Shown here: piece after piece, positions 25,458 through 35,097 of the stretch | Position numbering within the stretch: position 1 is the first letter of the stretch | Layout: each line of letters begins with the position of its first letter | Assembly: GCF_002453355.1 (NCBI RefSeq) | Contig: NZ_DKGQ01000020.1 | Coordinates: 2,613-66,612 of the forward strand | Direction: 5' to 3' | DNA from: Psychrobacter sp. UBA6766 | GTDB lineage: Bacteria; Pseudomonadota; Gammaproteobacteria; Pseudomonadales; Moraxellaceae | Length of the DNA stretch: 64,000 bases | The notes under the pieces: generated by a model | The model's database searches: none | What the model was told of the DNA's origin: nothing | What the model saw: the letters and a program-made list of their open reading frames with translations, nothing else | Translations under genes and position numbers: made by a program

Positions 25458-27836
25458 TTACGCCGCACTATCATTAACTTGAATGGACATGCCAATTTGA
25501 TTGGCAAGCTCTGCAAATCCTGGGAAGCTGGTATTGACGGTTTCAACGCCTTCAATGGTAATCTGCTTCGATGCGCGTAAGCTGGCAACCGCAAAGCTCA
25601 TGGCAATGCGGTGATCATGATGCGAGGTGATATATCCGCCGCCAAAGACAGGTTGGCTATTATTTACAGCGTCATTTTGACCTTCACCGCCTTTGCTTTC
25701 AATGCCCTTACCTTCAATACCTTTACCTTGAATAATCAAACCATCCTCAGTGACGGTACAATCAACACCGAGAGTTTGTAGCCCTTCTGCCATCACTGCA
25801 ATACGATCAGATTCTTTCACACGTAATTCTTTTGCACCAGTTAGCACCGTACGGCCTTGTGCGCAGCTGGCCGCAATAAACAACACTGGAAATTCATCAA
25901 TCGCAAGTGGTACCAGATATTCTGGAATATCGATACCTTGTAGGTTTGAGCTGCGTATCGTGATATCAGCCACAGGCTCGCCGCCGACATGGGTTTCATT
26001 ACTTAGGCTAATATCAGCATTCATCAATTTAAGAATATCAATAATACCAGTACGTGTCGGATTGATGCCAACTTGCGTTAGCGTCAGCTCGCTATCTTGG
26101 CTAATAGCAGCAGCGACCATAAAAAACGCAGCAGATGAAATATCGGCAGGAACAGCGATATCACCGCCAGTGAGCGTACCACCTCCTTTCACGCTGATGC
26201 GATTGCCGTCAACTTTTACTGGATAACCAAATGCTGACAGCATACGCTCGGTATGGTCACGGCTGACTTCAGGTTGAATAACGGTCGTGGTACCTTCTGC
26301 CCAAAGTCCCGCTAATAATAAGCAAGATTTAATCTGCGCAGAAGCGACCGGCATCTCATAATCGATACCTTGCAGCGGCTCACCGACAGTGTCGCGACCC
26401 GTAATACTAAGCGGCGCCGTACCATGATGACCAGTACTTTGAATGATGGCACCCATCTCACGTAATGGCGCGGCGACACGCTCCATCGGCCTTTTATTAA
26501 GACTGGTATCACCCGTCAACACACTGTCAAAAGATTGCGCGGCTAATATACCAGCTAACAGGCGCATACTGGTACCCGAGTTGCCCATATATAGTGGTGT
26601 TTTGCTTGGCTTAAGACCATTCATACCAACGCCATGGATGGTTAATTTACCATTATCAGGTCCTTCAATACTCACGCCCATATCACGAAACGCTTGCAAG
26701 GTAGCAAGCGCATCTTCCCCTTCCAAAAATCCTGTGACATTAGTCACGCCTGTTGCAAGGCTGCCGAGCATAATACTGCGATGCGAGATAGACTTATCAC
26801 CAGGAATGGTAATGGTGCCAGAGACGGTATTGCTTGGAGAAATAAGGTAAGAAACTGACATGGCAGAGGTATCCGTATAAGGGGTGCTGGCTAACATATG
26901 GCCAAAATGTCGCCGTGCGGCTTGCGCGCGGCCCAAAAGTCCCATTAGGGCGGTTGAATCTTTATCAATGATAAGCTGACGCATGGTCTGTAAATAAACG
27001 CTGTACTCATCAAGGGCGCTTACAATCGCGCTTTGGTTGGCAAAAAATATATCGTGCCACATTTTAGGATCACTGGCAGCGATGCGGCTAAAGTCGCGAA
27101 AACCGCCTGCCGCATAGCGAAACATATCTAAATTGTCATCGTGGCTTGCCAACTGCTCGACCAGATTAAACGCCAGCAGATGTGGCAGATGACTGGTATG
27201 CGCCAAGATAGCATCATGACGATCAGCGGCCATCGGCATGACGGTTGCGCCCACCGCTTCCCATAACTGCCGCAGCTTAGCAATGGCATTATCACAAGTC
27301 GTTGGCAGCTCGCAGATAATGACGCTATGATTGACAAATAAATTGGCGCGCCTGGCATGATACCCTGAATTTTCAGCACCAGCAATCGGATGCGCGGGAA
27401 CAAAGCCAGTCGGTAGCGGGTTAAATACCGCTTCTGCCGCCTCAATGATATTAACCTTGGTACTACAAACATCGGTAATGAGACAATCAGCCGCAAGCTG
27501 ACCCTTACCCATGGCAGCTTTAATATCGACAAATACAGCCTCTACCGCTTGTACTGGCACAGCGATAACAATCAGGTCACTACCCGATACTGCTTCACTT
27601 AAAATACCACTACCCGCATCTAGTAAGCCATGTTGCATGGCTTCGTCGATGCTTGGCGCATGTCTATCAACCGCCACTAAGCGCTCACTTAAGCCATTGT
27701 CTTTAATGGCTTGGGCAAGGCTTGCACCAATCAGCCCTAGACCAATGACACAAACTTGCTTAAATAGCGGCTGCGTAGAGAATGAGGTTGCTATATTTAC
27801 CGTGGGCGTATAGATGCGATGGTTTACTTTTTGCAT
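25458..27836 (-). CDS. aroA: bifunctional prephenate/arogenate dehydrogenase - 3-phosphoshikimate 1-carboxyvinyltransferase (TyrA-AroA fusion)
   Basis: The N-terminal half has a Rossmann GLGLIGASLA and TyrA motifs. The C-terminal half has EPSP synthase motifs (IPGDKSISHRSIMLG, LYMGNSGTSMRLL, RVKESDRI, HHDHRIAMSFAVA). Confidence 0.93.
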   Translation of the reverse strand: MQKVNHRIYTPTVNIATSFSTQPLFKQVCVIGLGLIGASLAQAIKDNGLSERLVAVDRHAPSIDEAMQHGLLDAGSGILSEAVSGSDLIVIAVPVQAVEAVFVDIKAAMGKGQLAADCLITDVCSTKVNIIEAAEAVFNPLPTGFVPAHPIAGAENSGYHARRANLFVNHSVIICELPTTCDNAIAKLRQLWEAVGATVMPMAADRHDAILAHTSHLPHLLAFNLVEQLASHDDNLDMFRYAAGGFRDFSRIAASDPKMWHDIFFANQSAIVSALDEYSVYLQTMRQLIIDKDSTALMGLLGRAQAARRHFGHMLASTPYTDTSAMSVSYLISPSNTVSGTITIPGDKSISHRSIMLGSLATGVTNVTGFLEGEDALATLQAFRDMGVSIEGPDNGKLTIHGVGMNGLKPSKTPLYMGNSGTSMRLLAGILAAQSFDSVLTGDTSLNKRPMERVAAPLREMGAIIQSTGHHGTAPLSITGRDTVGEPLQGIDYEMPVASAQIKSCLLLAGLWAEGTTTVIQPEVSRDHTERMLSAFGYPVKVDGNRISVKGGGTLTGGDIAVPADISSAAFFMVAAAISQDSELTLTQVGINPTRTGIIDILKLMNADISLSNETHVGGEPVADITIRSSNLQGIDIPEYLVPLAIDEFPVLFIAASCAQGRTVLTGAKELRVKESDRIAVMAEGLQTLGVDCTVTEDGLIIQGKGIEGKGIESKGGEGQNDAVNNSQPVFGGGYITSHHDHRIAMSFAVASLRASKQITIEGVETVNTSFPGFAELANQIGMSIQVNDSAA

Positions 27837-27873
27837 ATTATTTTAATTATCATATCACTTATAGGGTGTTCCA

Positions 27874-29016
27874 TTAATCATCAGTCAAGATAGAGCGCAA
27901 AGTATCAATGAGGCGCATATTGTCTTCTGCAACCCCTACGGTAATGCGCAGCCAATTAGGCAAGCCATAGCTGTTTAATGGACGCACAATAACGCCTTGC
28001 TCGAGCAATGCTTGATGAATAGAGGCCGCGTTTATGTCTTCCATTTCAACTTCTATTTCTACCATAATAAAATTGGCATGCGACTTAATAAATCCCAACC
28101 CTAATGCGTCAAACTGCTTTTCTAGCCAGCGCATTTGCTCTTGGTTAGTGAGCCGCGTTCTTTCAATAAATTCTTGATCAGCAAGCGCCGCTGCCGCCGC
28201 CGCTAAAGCGACTCTACTGACGTTAAATGGTTGACGAATACGATTGAGTAAATCCGCAATGGCTACTGAGCTTAACGCATAACCGACACGTAAACCTGCC
28301 AATCCATAAGCTTTTGAAAAGGTACGTACAATAACCATATTATTAAATTCATCCAAGAGTACCCGATTATTACTCTCAGGACTATATTCGATGTAAGCTT
28401 CATCTAACACGACCAACACCGAGCTTGGCACACTAGCGACAAACTCATGTAACTCTTGCTGCGTAAGCTGGGTACCAGTTGGATTGTTTGGATTAGCGAT
28501 GAACACTATCTTAGTATTTAAGTTGTCATTTACCGCCTGACTCATCGCTTTTAAATTATGACCAAAACGATTGGCAGGCACTTCCACGCCTTTTGCGCCT
28601 TGCATTTTAGCCAGCATCGGATAAACGATAAAAGCATATTGACTATAAACGATGGCATCATCAGCGCCAGCAAAACTACGCGCTAAGATATCAAGCAAAT
28701 CATCTGAGCCATTACCTAAAGTGATTTGCTCAACACTAACGTCATTAAAGTCAGCAAGCGCTTGTTTTAGATAATAACCATTGCCATCAGGATAACGTGC
28801 CAGCTGACCCAACTGCTCGGTAATCGCAAGCGTAACGTGTGGTGAGCAGCCTCTTGGATTTTCATTACTGGCAAGTTTGACCACATCTGAGACGCCAAAC
28901 TCGCGCGTCAACTCTTCAACTGGCTTCCCCGTCTGATAAGGTACCAGCTCTAAAATACTGTCATAGGCAGGTACAAGCGGTGATAAATTTGACTTTGTCG
29001 ACTGAGATGACTGCAT
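27874..29016 (-). CDS. hisC: histidinol-phosphate / aromatic aminotransferase (class II PLP)
   Basis: It has KLASNENPRG, NPNNPTG and TFSKAYGLAGLRVGY (PLP lysine). It sits between pheA and tyrA-aroA, as in pseudomonads. Confidence 0.88.
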   Translation of the reverse strand: MQSSQSTKSNLSPLVPAYDSILELVPYQTGKPVEELTREFGVSDVVKLASNENPRGCSPHVTLAITEQLGQLARYPDGNGYYLKQALADFNDVSVEQITLGNGSDDLLDILARSFAGADDAIVYSQYAFIVYPMLAKMQGAKGVEVPANRFGHNLKAMSQAVNDNLNTKIVFIANPNNPTGTQLTQQELHEFVASVPSSVLVVLDEAYIEYSPESNNRVLLDEFNNMVIVRTFSKAYGLAGLRVGYALSSVAIADLLNRIRQPFNVSRVALAAAAAALADQEFIERTRLTNQEQMRWLEKQFDALGLGFIKSHANFIMVEIEVEMEDINAASIHQALLEQGVIVRPLNSYGLPNWLRITVGVAEDNMRLIDTLRSILTDD

Positions 29017-29164
29017 GATTTATCCTTAAGAGTGATAACGTATCTGCTATTAGTAAGAGCGTGTCCTTAGGGCAATCAATAGATATCTACAATCAATAGA
29101 CATCTAGATGAAGACGCATCCTAATTTTTGCTATCGATTTGACAAACAACTTGGTTAAGCCAAT

Positions 29165-30346
29165 TTATAGGACGGCTTTTGGGTAAGAGCCTAGAATGCG
29201 TAAATCTTTGACCAATGGACGAATATCAGCGATCGCAGCGCTCACATTTGCATCTTCAATGTGCCCATCCATGTCAATAAAAAATACATAAGCCCATTTA
29301 TTCGGGCGTTCAGGACGCGTTTCGATACTGGTCATCGACACGCCATGATAGGACAATGGCTTTAAAATTTCGATCAAAGCGCCTGCTTTATCATGCGCTG
29401 AAACCATGATTGAGGTTTTATCTTGACCAGATGGCGCAATCGCCTCGTGACCAATGATCAGGAAACGTGTGGTATTGCTAGGATTGTCTTCGATGTTCGA
29501 ATACAGCTTATGTAAATCGTACTCTGCCGCCGCCACATCACCGGCAATCGCTGCTGAATGCCATTCATTTTTTAATCGGCGAGCAGCCTCACCATTGCTT
29601 GATACTGCCACGCGCTCGACATTGGGATAATTGACATCGAGCCAATGACGACACTGTGCCAATGACTGCTGATGTGAGTAGATACGGCTTAAGCCATCAA
29701 GCTTAGTATGTTCAGCGACCAAGAAGTTTTGATGAATAGGCAACTCAACTTCACCAATTATTTTTAAGGTGGAAGATAGGAAGCCATCTAACGTATGGTT
29801 CACCACGCCCTCGGATGAGTTTTCGACTGGCACCACGCCATACATCGCCGTACCCGCTTCGACTTCGCGGAAGACATCAGTGATGGTGTTTAGCGGTACA
29901 GTATCGGCAGCTTTCCCGAAGTGCTTAAGCGCTGCAGCATGAGTAAAGGTACCAATAGGACCTAAGAACGCAATGCGTTGAGGTGCTTCTAAATCCAAGC
30001 AGACTGACATAATCTCACGGAACAATCGTGCCATTTTTTCATCAGCGATTGGTCCAGTATTTCGTTCCATTACCGCTTTTAACACTTGCGCTTCACGCTC
30101 AGGACGATAAAAAATAGGGTTGGTTTTTTCTGCTTCAGGACTATTGGCAACATGGTCTTTTTTTGCCGTCGCCACTTGCTGAGCCAGTTTGGCACGGTTG
30201 TTAATCAGCGTCTGAATTTCGCAGTCTACCGCATCGATACTTTGGCGCAACGTATTTAAAAGCGCTTTATCAGTTGCAGTCCCATCAACGCTTGCAGAGG
30301 TTTGGTTTAGGTTATTTACATTTTGCTCTGGTGACTGCTCACTCAT
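29165..30346 (-). CDS. pheA: bifunctional chorismate mutase / prephenate dehydratase (P-protein)
   Basis: Collinear with pseudomonad PheA (FYRPEREAQVLK..., VENSSEGVVNHTLD, TRFLIIG, ACT domain, ending LGSYPKAVL). I place the start at the ATG at 30346 (MSEQSPEQ...) with AAGGA upstream. The extra 39 codons in the ORF track have no homology. Confidence 0.9.
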   Translation of the reverse strand: MSEQSPEQNVNNLNQTSASVDGTATDKALLNTLRQSIDAVDCEIQTLINNRAKLAQQVATAKKDHVANSPEAEKTNPIFYRPEREAQVLKAVMERNTGPIADEKMARLFREIMSVCLDLEAPQRIAFLGPIGTFTHAAALKHFGKAADTVPLNTITDVFREVEAGTAMYGVVPVENSSEGVVNHTLDGFLSSTLKIIGEVELPIHQNFLVAEHTKLDGLSRIYSHQQSLAQCRHWLDVNYPNVERVAVSSNGEAARRLKNEWHSAAIAGDVAAAEYDLHKLYSNIEDNPSNTTRFLIIGHEAIAPSGQDKTSIMVSAHDKAGALIEILKPLSYHGVSMTSIETRPERPNKWAYVFFIDMDGHIEDANVSAAIADIRPLVKDLRILGSYPKAVL

Positions 30347-30890
30347 TACCGCCCATCCTTTTCTAATGTTGTTGCTAAAATTGTTTCTGAGTTTTACAAC
30401 TGTTGTTTTATAACTTATAACTGCTAGAGATGACTGTTTGTTCGATAGAATTATTTTAATCATAAATGCTGATGTCTTTCTTATGTTTCGCGCAAGCCAA
30501 ACCGCTGATCGGCTCTACTATAGCAAAAACTATCGACAGTGCCCATTCGTAAATGTGCGTAAATACGCGGAAATGCGCAATTTGCCGTAAATATTAGCAC
30601 AGTTATACTCTACAGCGGACAAGCCTTGTAAAACTATAAAGGCTACAACCGCTCAAATCTATGATACAGTTTAAAGGCTCTTATTAAAGGTAGCTAGTTT
30701 TAACCACCCTTAAGCTTTAACATGGCATATTTTTAATAACATTGACGCTTAGTAGGTTTGGATTTTAAAAAACCTCTAGAAACACTACCATGATAAACAG
30801 CTTTTTGAAAAAACATCATGAACAATAAAATGAAATAACAAACTTTAAGAAGAACATTACCACGTTAATTGACCACACCAAGGATATCTG

Positions 30891-31832
30891 ATGAGCGCAT
30901 TACAACAGCTTCGCACCATGACCACTATTGTCGCTGATACGGGCGACCTTGCCGCCATTGCGCGTCTAAAACCCATCGATGCCACGACCAATCCTAGCCT
31001 GATTACCAAAGCCCTCATTCATCCTGATAATGAAGCGATGATGTCAGAAACTATGAGTCGCCATCGCGGCGACGTTGATGCGGTAATTGATGAATTAACC
31101 GTTCAAATTGGCTGCAATATTCTGGCGTTGATTGAAGGTCGCGTTTCGACCGAAGTCGATGCACGCTTGTCTTATGACACCCAAGCGACCATTGATAAAG
31201 CCTTACGCTTTATGGAAGCCTATCAAAAAGCTGGTATTGATTCAGAGCGTGTCTTAATTAAAATGGCTGCAACGTGGCAAGGGATTGAAGCGGCACGTTA
31301 TCTTGAAACGCAGGGCATCCACTGTAATCTGACTTTACTGTTTGGTCAGCATCAAGCGATTGCTTGTGCCGATGCTGGCGTTACTTTAATTTCGCCATTT
31401 GTTGGACGTATTTTAGATTGGCAAAAACGCCAACAAAACCGCCAAAACGTCCCAGCCTCAGATGATATGGGCGTCCAATCGGTCAAGCTCATTTACCAAT
31501 ATTACAAGCAACATGGCTATAAAACGCAAGTAATGGGCGCAAGTTTTCGCTCGACCGAGCAAATATTAGCATTAGCAGGCTGTGATTTATTAACCATTGC
31601 GCCCAATCTGATTGATGAGCTAGCGGCAATGGATGTCGAAGTGACGCGTCAATTGTCGCCAAGCATGTCCATGGAATTGGCCGACATGGCGAAAGTCAGC
31701 TTAACACATGACGAATTTAGTGCGGCCTATCAGCAAGACACTGTTACGCAAGACTTATTACCCAAAGGAATCGATGGCTTTATCGGTGCGCGTGATGAGC
31801 TTGCGCAAATGCTAGCAGCCATGCGAAATTAA
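30891..31832 (+). CDS. tal: transaldolase (TalB type)
   Basis: IVADTGDLAAIARLKPIDATTNPSLI..., the active-site lysine context VLIKMAATWQGIEA, and ISPFVGRILDW. Confidence 0.93.
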   Translation: MSALQQLRTMTTIVADTGDLAAIARLKPIDATTNPSLITKALIHPDNEAMMSETMSRHRGDVDAVIDELTVQIGCNILALIEGRVSTEVDARLSYDTQATIDKALRFMEAYQKAGIDSERVLIKMAATWQGIEAARYLETQGIHCNLTLLFGQHQAIACADAGVTLISPFVGRILDWQKRQQNRQNVPASDDMGVQSVKLIYQYYKQHGYKTQVMGASFRSTEQILALAGCDLLTIAPNLIDELAAMDVEVTRQLSPSMSMELADMAKVSLTHDEFSAAYQQDTVTQDLLPKGIDGFIGARDELAQMLAAMRN

Positions 31833-31983
31833 CTGCCATATTTTTACCTTTTATGCGTTTGCTTGCTAATCACAAGGTCTGAGATTGTCTCAGTGTGAAC
31901 CTCTTGTCATAAAAGAAATTTGCCTGCCTATATTAAGTTGGCTATGATAAGCAACTTTATATAACAAAAAGCAAGGCTCGATT

Positions 31984-32493
31984 ATGAAACGGCTAGCAGT
32001 GATATTAGCAGGTAGTACGCTTGCAATGAGTGCCCATGCGGTAAACTGGTTAGAGATATCAAAAAGTCAAACTGGCTCTGTTTTTAGCTTAGATTTAGAT
32101 TCTATCGAACGCTCAGACATTCATATTATTGACGAAAAAGCGGTCGAAAATATTACCGTCTCTATTCGTAGAACCTACCCTGCACCAAAAGATATGGCCA
32201 AAGACAGTAAGGAAAAAGAAATAAAAGATAAGGAAAGTACAGATACAGCAGCTAACAAAACGATGAAAGAAACCAGCATTCATCATAGCGATCAGCAATG
32301 GCTTATCGCTTGCAAGGACTCTAGTTACTATCGGCGCGCATACGTTAACTACGCATCTGATGATAAAGTGTTGAAATCTTGGCAATCAGATAAGCCGATA
32401 CTGACAACCAAAGACTTTAAAATTACTAAGCCAAAAACGATTAGTCGCCTGTTAATAGAACAAGCCTGTAAAAATTATCAGCAAGATAAGTAA
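31984..32493 (+). CDS. secreted hypothetical protein, possibly surface-adhesin-protein-E-like fold
   Basis: It has a cleavable signal (..AMSAHA). The pattern W-x-E/V...LDLDSI...C-x(5)-YR...Y...C recalls the Adhesin_E-like family. It also has a Lys/Glu-rich insert. This is a pattern-level match only. Confidence 0.35.
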   Translation: MKRLAVILAGSTLAMSAHAVNWLEISKSQTGSVFSLDLDSIERSDIHIIDEKAVENITVSIRRTYPAPKDMAKDSKEKEIKDKESTDTAANKTMKETSIHHSDQQWLIACKDSSYYRRAYVNYASDDKVLKSWQSDKPILTTKDFKITKPKTISRLLIEQACKNYQQDK

Positions 32494-32524
32494 AATAAGT
32501 TAAGACGAACAAATAAATGCCATT

Positions 32525-32561
32525 AAAAAAAGCGCGCTGAACTCGCTCAGCGCGCTTTTTT
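32525..32561. terminator. bidirectional rho-independent terminator (convergent hypothetical gene and apt)
   Basis: A7 GCGCGCTGA-ACTCGC-TCAGCGCGC T6. Confidence 0.85.
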
Positions 32562-32580
32562 ATACGAAATAATCAATTAT

Positions 32581-33156
32581 CTAAGCCTTCAAAACCGTAT
32601 AGATAGGAACAGGAAATTCGCCATGCAGATCAACAAGATCTAATAATACCAATGCGCCGACGACCGTATGCTCGGCAGACCTGCAGAGCTCATAAGCAGT
32701 CATGAGTGTACCTCCGGTCGCCAAGATATCATCAACCAATAAAACCCGCTCTGGCGGCAAGTTATTTTGCATCTCAAGCGTGTCTTTACCATACTCTAAA
32801 GCATAGGCTTTATTGGCAACCGGTGGCGGCAATTTACCGGGTTTACGCAGCAAGATCATGCCTTTACCCAATCGACCCGCCAGCAAACTGGCAAAAATAA
32901 ACCCGCGCGCTTCAACTGCACCTAAACAGTCTATTTTATCGAGCAAGCCCATCGGCAATGCTGCCAACATCTCGTCAATCACCGCATTAACATGACTGCG
33001 TAGTAACGGGGTAATATCATAAAAATCAATGCCAACTTTCGGGAAGTCTGGTACTGTGCGAATGATTTGCCAAAATGGATGATCAGTATTGAGCGTATTG
33101 ATTGAATCGGTTGTAAAATTGACTTTAGCTGATGTAACGGCGGCATTCGCGCTCAT
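32581..33156 (-). CDS. apt: adenine phosphoribosyltransferase
   Basis: It has the PRPP-binding motif VLLVDDILATGGTL and IDFYDITPLL typical of Apt. Confidence 0.9.
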   Translation of the reverse strand: MSANAAVTSAKVNFTTDSINTLNTDHPFWQIIRTVPDFPKVGIDFYDITPLLRSHVNAVIDEMLAALPMGLLDKIDCLGAVEARGFIFASLLAGRLGKGMILLRKPGKLPPPVANKAYALEYGKDTLEMQNNLPPERVLLVDDILATGGTLMTAYELCRSAEHTVVGALVLLDLVDLHGEFPVPIYTVLKA

Positions 33157-33524
33157 AATAACCCTTAGCTTGTAGAACTTAAATAATGATACAACCGTGA
33201 TAAATGAGGTATCAATCGGTAAAAATAGCGGCGAGAATTATAGCATAATCGGCTTTATAGTGGCGGCAAGATTGGCAAACACAGCACGCCTAAAGCGATA
33301 AAAGTGACGTGCCATGACTTGATAAAAGCTGGTGAATCTCAATATACAAGTGTAAACTTAACTATGAAAATAACCGCTATATGCTAAACTACGGGCGTTT
33401 TTATGCATTAAATGTTAGCTAGAGTGGTTAATAAATACCTTAAAACACTTATTAACGTAGTTAGTAGAACTGGTAATAGAAACACTAGTAATCGTAATAC
33501 TAAGAATAATCGATAGGACTATTT

Positions 33525-33689
33525 ATGAAACGTTATGAATGTATTGTCTGCGGTTGGATATATGACGAAGAGCTCGGCTGTCCTGAAGAAGGCATTGCGC
33601 CTGGTACCAAATGGGAAGACATCCCTGACGATTGGACTTGTCCAGAATGCGGCGTTGGCAAGCTTGATTTTGAGATGCTCGAATTTTAA
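33525..33689 (+). CDS. rubA: rubredoxin (54 aa; absent from the supplied ORF track)
   Basis: My own translation of 33525-33689 is MKRYECIVCGWIYDEELGCPEEGIAPGTKWEDIPDDWTCPECGVGKLDFEMLEF*. It has two CxxCG knuckles and the conserved W/Y/F core of rubredoxins. TAA lies at 33687-33689. Confidence 0.9.
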   Translation: MKRYECIVCGWIYDEELGCPEEGIAPGTKWEDIPDDWTCPECGVGKLDFEMLEF

Positions 33690-33717
33690 GCCAACGACCA
33701 TCTAAATAGGATACTTC

Positions 33718-34839
33718 ATGACAGAATCAACCCCCATTAATACTGTGTCTAAAATCTCAAAAGCGACTGAAACTTCAGAAGAAACTGGTAATACGTCAAC
33801 GCTTGATGCCGAAATGCTTAATGATGCAGCACTTAGCGCTTCAAAGCTTGACGCTCCCCTAATCAATTACCCAACGCCTGAATGGCAAAAATTTGGCGAT
33901 CATGCTTGGTATCCATCTGACTTGAGCGAGCATCTTTATCAAGCGATGATAGATATCGGTGATGGTATCGAGCTGTGCGTTGAGGCTGGCGGTAATCCTA
34001 ATAACCCGCCATTGTTAATGGTAATGGGGCTTGGCTCACAAATGGTGTTTTGGCCAAACAGTTTTATTAAGCGCTTTATCGATGCTGGTTTTTTTGTAAT
34101 ACGATTTGACAATCGTGATATCGGCTTGTCCTCAAAAGTACAGATTGATGGTTTGCCGCGTATCAGCCAATTAAAAATGATGATGCGTCTGCAAACGGGG
34201 CTGTCGAATAAAGGCGCGCCGGTCGCATATAATTTGACCGACATGGCAGAGGATACAGCGCGTTTAATCAAAGCCTTAAAACTTGGCAAAACGCATCTGC
34301 TTGGTGCTTCGATGGGCGGTATGATTGCTCAAATCGTCGCCGCGCGTTATCCAAGTTTGGTGCAGCGTATGGCGTTAATGTTTACCACCACCAATCGTGC
34401 TTTTTTAAAACCGCCGAAACCTAAGCAGTTATATACCCTTATCAATCGTCCTGAGAGCCACTCTGAGCGCGATATCGTGCGTCATAGCGTCTGGTTTATG
34501 AAAACCGTTGGTACACCAGGGCACGTCAATGTACGTATGGTGCGTGACATCGCCAAGATACGTTATCAGCGCAATTTTCATCCCCTCGGCACCGTACAGC
34601 AGCTCAATGCTATTTTAGCTTCTGGCTCTATTAGCAAATACAGCAAGCAAGTTAAAGCGCCAACCATTGTGCTACACGGTAGCGCCGATGGACTATTACC
34701 TCCCTCACAAGGACGGGTGGTTGCTAAGACCATTCCTAATGCAAGCTTCCATTTAATCGAAGGCATGGCGCACGATATTCCCGAATATTACCAGCCCTAT
34801 ATAGTCGATCTGATTAGCAATCATTTGTTAGAAAAATAA
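33718..34839 (+). CDS. alpha/beta-hydrolase-fold esterase/lipase (EstB-like by position)
   Basis: It has the oxyanion region PLLMVMGLG, the nucleophile elbow HLLGASMGGMIA and a C-terminal HGSADGLLP...MAHD triad context. It starts 29 nt after rubredoxin. Confidence 0.75.
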   Translation: MTESTPINTVSKISKATETSEETGNTSTLDAEMLNDAALSASKLDAPLINYPTPEWQKFGDHAWYPSDLSEHLYQAMIDIGDGIELCVEAGGNPNNPPLLMVMGLGSQMVFWPNSFIKRFIDAGFFVIRFDNRDIGLSSKVQIDGLPRISQLKMMMRLQTGLSNKGAPVAYNLTDMAEDTARLIKALKLGKTHLLGASMGGMIAQIVAARYPSLVQRMALMFTTTNRAFLKPPKPKQLYTLINRPESHSERDIVRHSVWFMKTVGTPGHVNVRMVRDIAKIRYQRNFHPLGTVQQLNAILASGSISKYSKQVKAPTIVLHGSADGLLPPSQGRVVAKTIPNASFHLIEGMAHDIPEYYQPYIVDLISNHLLEK

Positions 34840-34874
34840 GTGTTTCGGCTCAGTATTGTTAATCATTGAACAAT

Positions 34875-34926
34875 AAAAAAGAGTGACAGAGCGATCAATT
34901 ATCATCGTTCTGCCACTCTTTTTTTA
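34875..34926 (+). terminator. rho-independent terminator after the esterase gene
   Basis: A 17-bp stem (AAGAGTGACAGAGCGAT / ATCGTTCTGCCACTCTT, 2 mismatches) has an 8-nt loop and a T-run. Confidence 0.7.
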
Positions 34927-35097
34927 CTGCAAATTTAAACATAAAGCCTGTTCAAATTAAAATCGCTACGTTAATAGATAGGTGTGACTGGTATAAATTT
35001 TTCTTGCTTGCTGTTATCACAGAGGCTACGAAAAATTCATCCCAGTCGCACCGTATCCGTTCCGGCTTTAGCCTACTCTACTAGCAAATAATAAATG

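Noticed and set aside
30347-30463. Longer N-terminus for pheA (ORF-track start at 30463), and similarly the longer GNAT start at 16541.
   Set aside because: The extra residues have no homology to PheA or GNAT proteins and lack ribosome-binding sites. The internal ATGs at 30346 and 16466 are preceded by AAGGA / GAGGAGAA and align with homologue N-termini.
33519-33701. 60-aa minus-strand ORF listed in the track.
   Set aside because: It is exactly antisense to the rubredoxin gene (33525-33689, plus strand), which has textbook motifs. The antisense translation has no recognisable features.
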